From Haliotis cracherodii (taxonomy: Eukaryota), in contig NW_027266319.1 of the NCBI RefSeq assembly GCF_022045235.1, positions 12,028,001 to 12,092,000 of the forward strand: 64,000 nt of DNA, given 5' to 3'. The position numbers and the translations under genes were made by a program. Within the stretch, counting starts at the first letter, position 1. The number at the start of each line of letters is the position of its first letter. Below the pieces are notes generated by a model. The model ran no database searches and was not told the DNA's origin. It was given only the letters and a program-made list of their open reading frames with translations. Positions 63,305 to 64,000 of this stretch are shown here, in pieces.

Positions 63305-64000
63305 ATGTTTGACTTGCACAGATGTGTCCTTATCCTTCTTCTCTGTCACCTGACAATTGGCTCTGTTTCTTACAAAGAGAAAGATTTTCTGGACAATCTC
63401 ACCTTGAACTATGACCCCAAGATCCGTCCCGTGTTAGATGGTTCCAATACGATGGTGGGTATCACAATGGGATTGTCCACAATTTTATCTCTGGATGAAA
63501 AACAGGAAGTGCTCAGCTTTAAAGCATGGGTTTTAATGACATGGAAGGACCAACTTTTGGTGTGGAACATGACAGATGGCATTCCCGATACAGTGGCTAT
63601 ACCCTTGGTTGATGTATGGTCACCAACCATTATGAATCTTAACTCTGTGACAAACTTGAGGTATTTGAAAGATAATACGGATACTGTGCTTGTCTTTCGG
63701 GATGGAACAGTTATGTATTCCTACACAGGTAGGTTTGACATTGGATGCAAGGTGAATATCCAACAGTTTCCTTTTGATCCTCAGTCATGTACTTTTCACT
63801 TGCAAACATTCTATGCCCCTGTAACTAAGGAATATCTTCAAGTACAAGACAAGCATTTAAATCTAGAAACATATAAGGAAAGCGGAGAATTTCACCTTCT
63901 CAGTGCATCAATGGCACTACGGGAATACAAGACTCTCGGTGTGAGCAGTGACTGGATTGAAGTGACCTTAGTCCTGCAGAGACGAACTATGTTCTACATC
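63305..64000 (+). CDS. Atypical nAChR-like Cys-loop subunit (R6), runs off the window end (absent from the ORF track)
   Basis: Open frame MFDLHRCVLILLLCHLTIGSVSYKEKD...CKVNIQQFPFDPQSC...LQRRTMFYI. Confidence 0.88.
   Translation, partial: MFDLHRCVLILLLCHLTIGSVSYKEKDFLDNLTLNYDPKIRPVLDGSNTMVGITMGLSTILSLDEKQEVLSFKAWVLMTWKDQLLVWNMTDGIPDTVAIPLVDVWSPTIMNLNSVTNLRYLKDNTDTVLVFRDGTVMYSYTGRFDIGCKVNIQQFPFDPQSCTFHLQTFYAPVTKEYLQVQDKHLNLETYKESGEFHLLSASMALREYKTLGVSSDWIEVTLVLQRRTMFYI

Overview
Eukaryotic, repeat-rich genomic DNA, probably a gastropod mollusc such as an abalone (inferred from the repeat types and gene families, not verified). The main feature is a cluster of at least six intronless, atypical nicotinic-acetylcholine-receptor-like Cys-loop channel genes (23.5-64 kb, the last cut by the window edge). 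They have lost the canonical ACh-binding residues. Their ligand-pocket loops diversify rapidly, while the M1-M3 pore cassette is nearly identical at the nucleotide level. This architecture resembles cephalopod chemotactile receptors. The window also holds an intronless GH31 lysosomal alpha-glucosidase-like gene and a two-exon secreted orphan gene with 11-aa Asp/Asn/Ser/Lys repeats whose intron contains a 3.5-kb minisatellite. A possible small secreted Cys-containing gene is also present. Repeats include five Tc1/mariner elements plus a fragment, LINE, Penelope-like and Gypsy remnants, and four SINE-like families, one of which has a non-tRNA, potentially pseudoknotted head.
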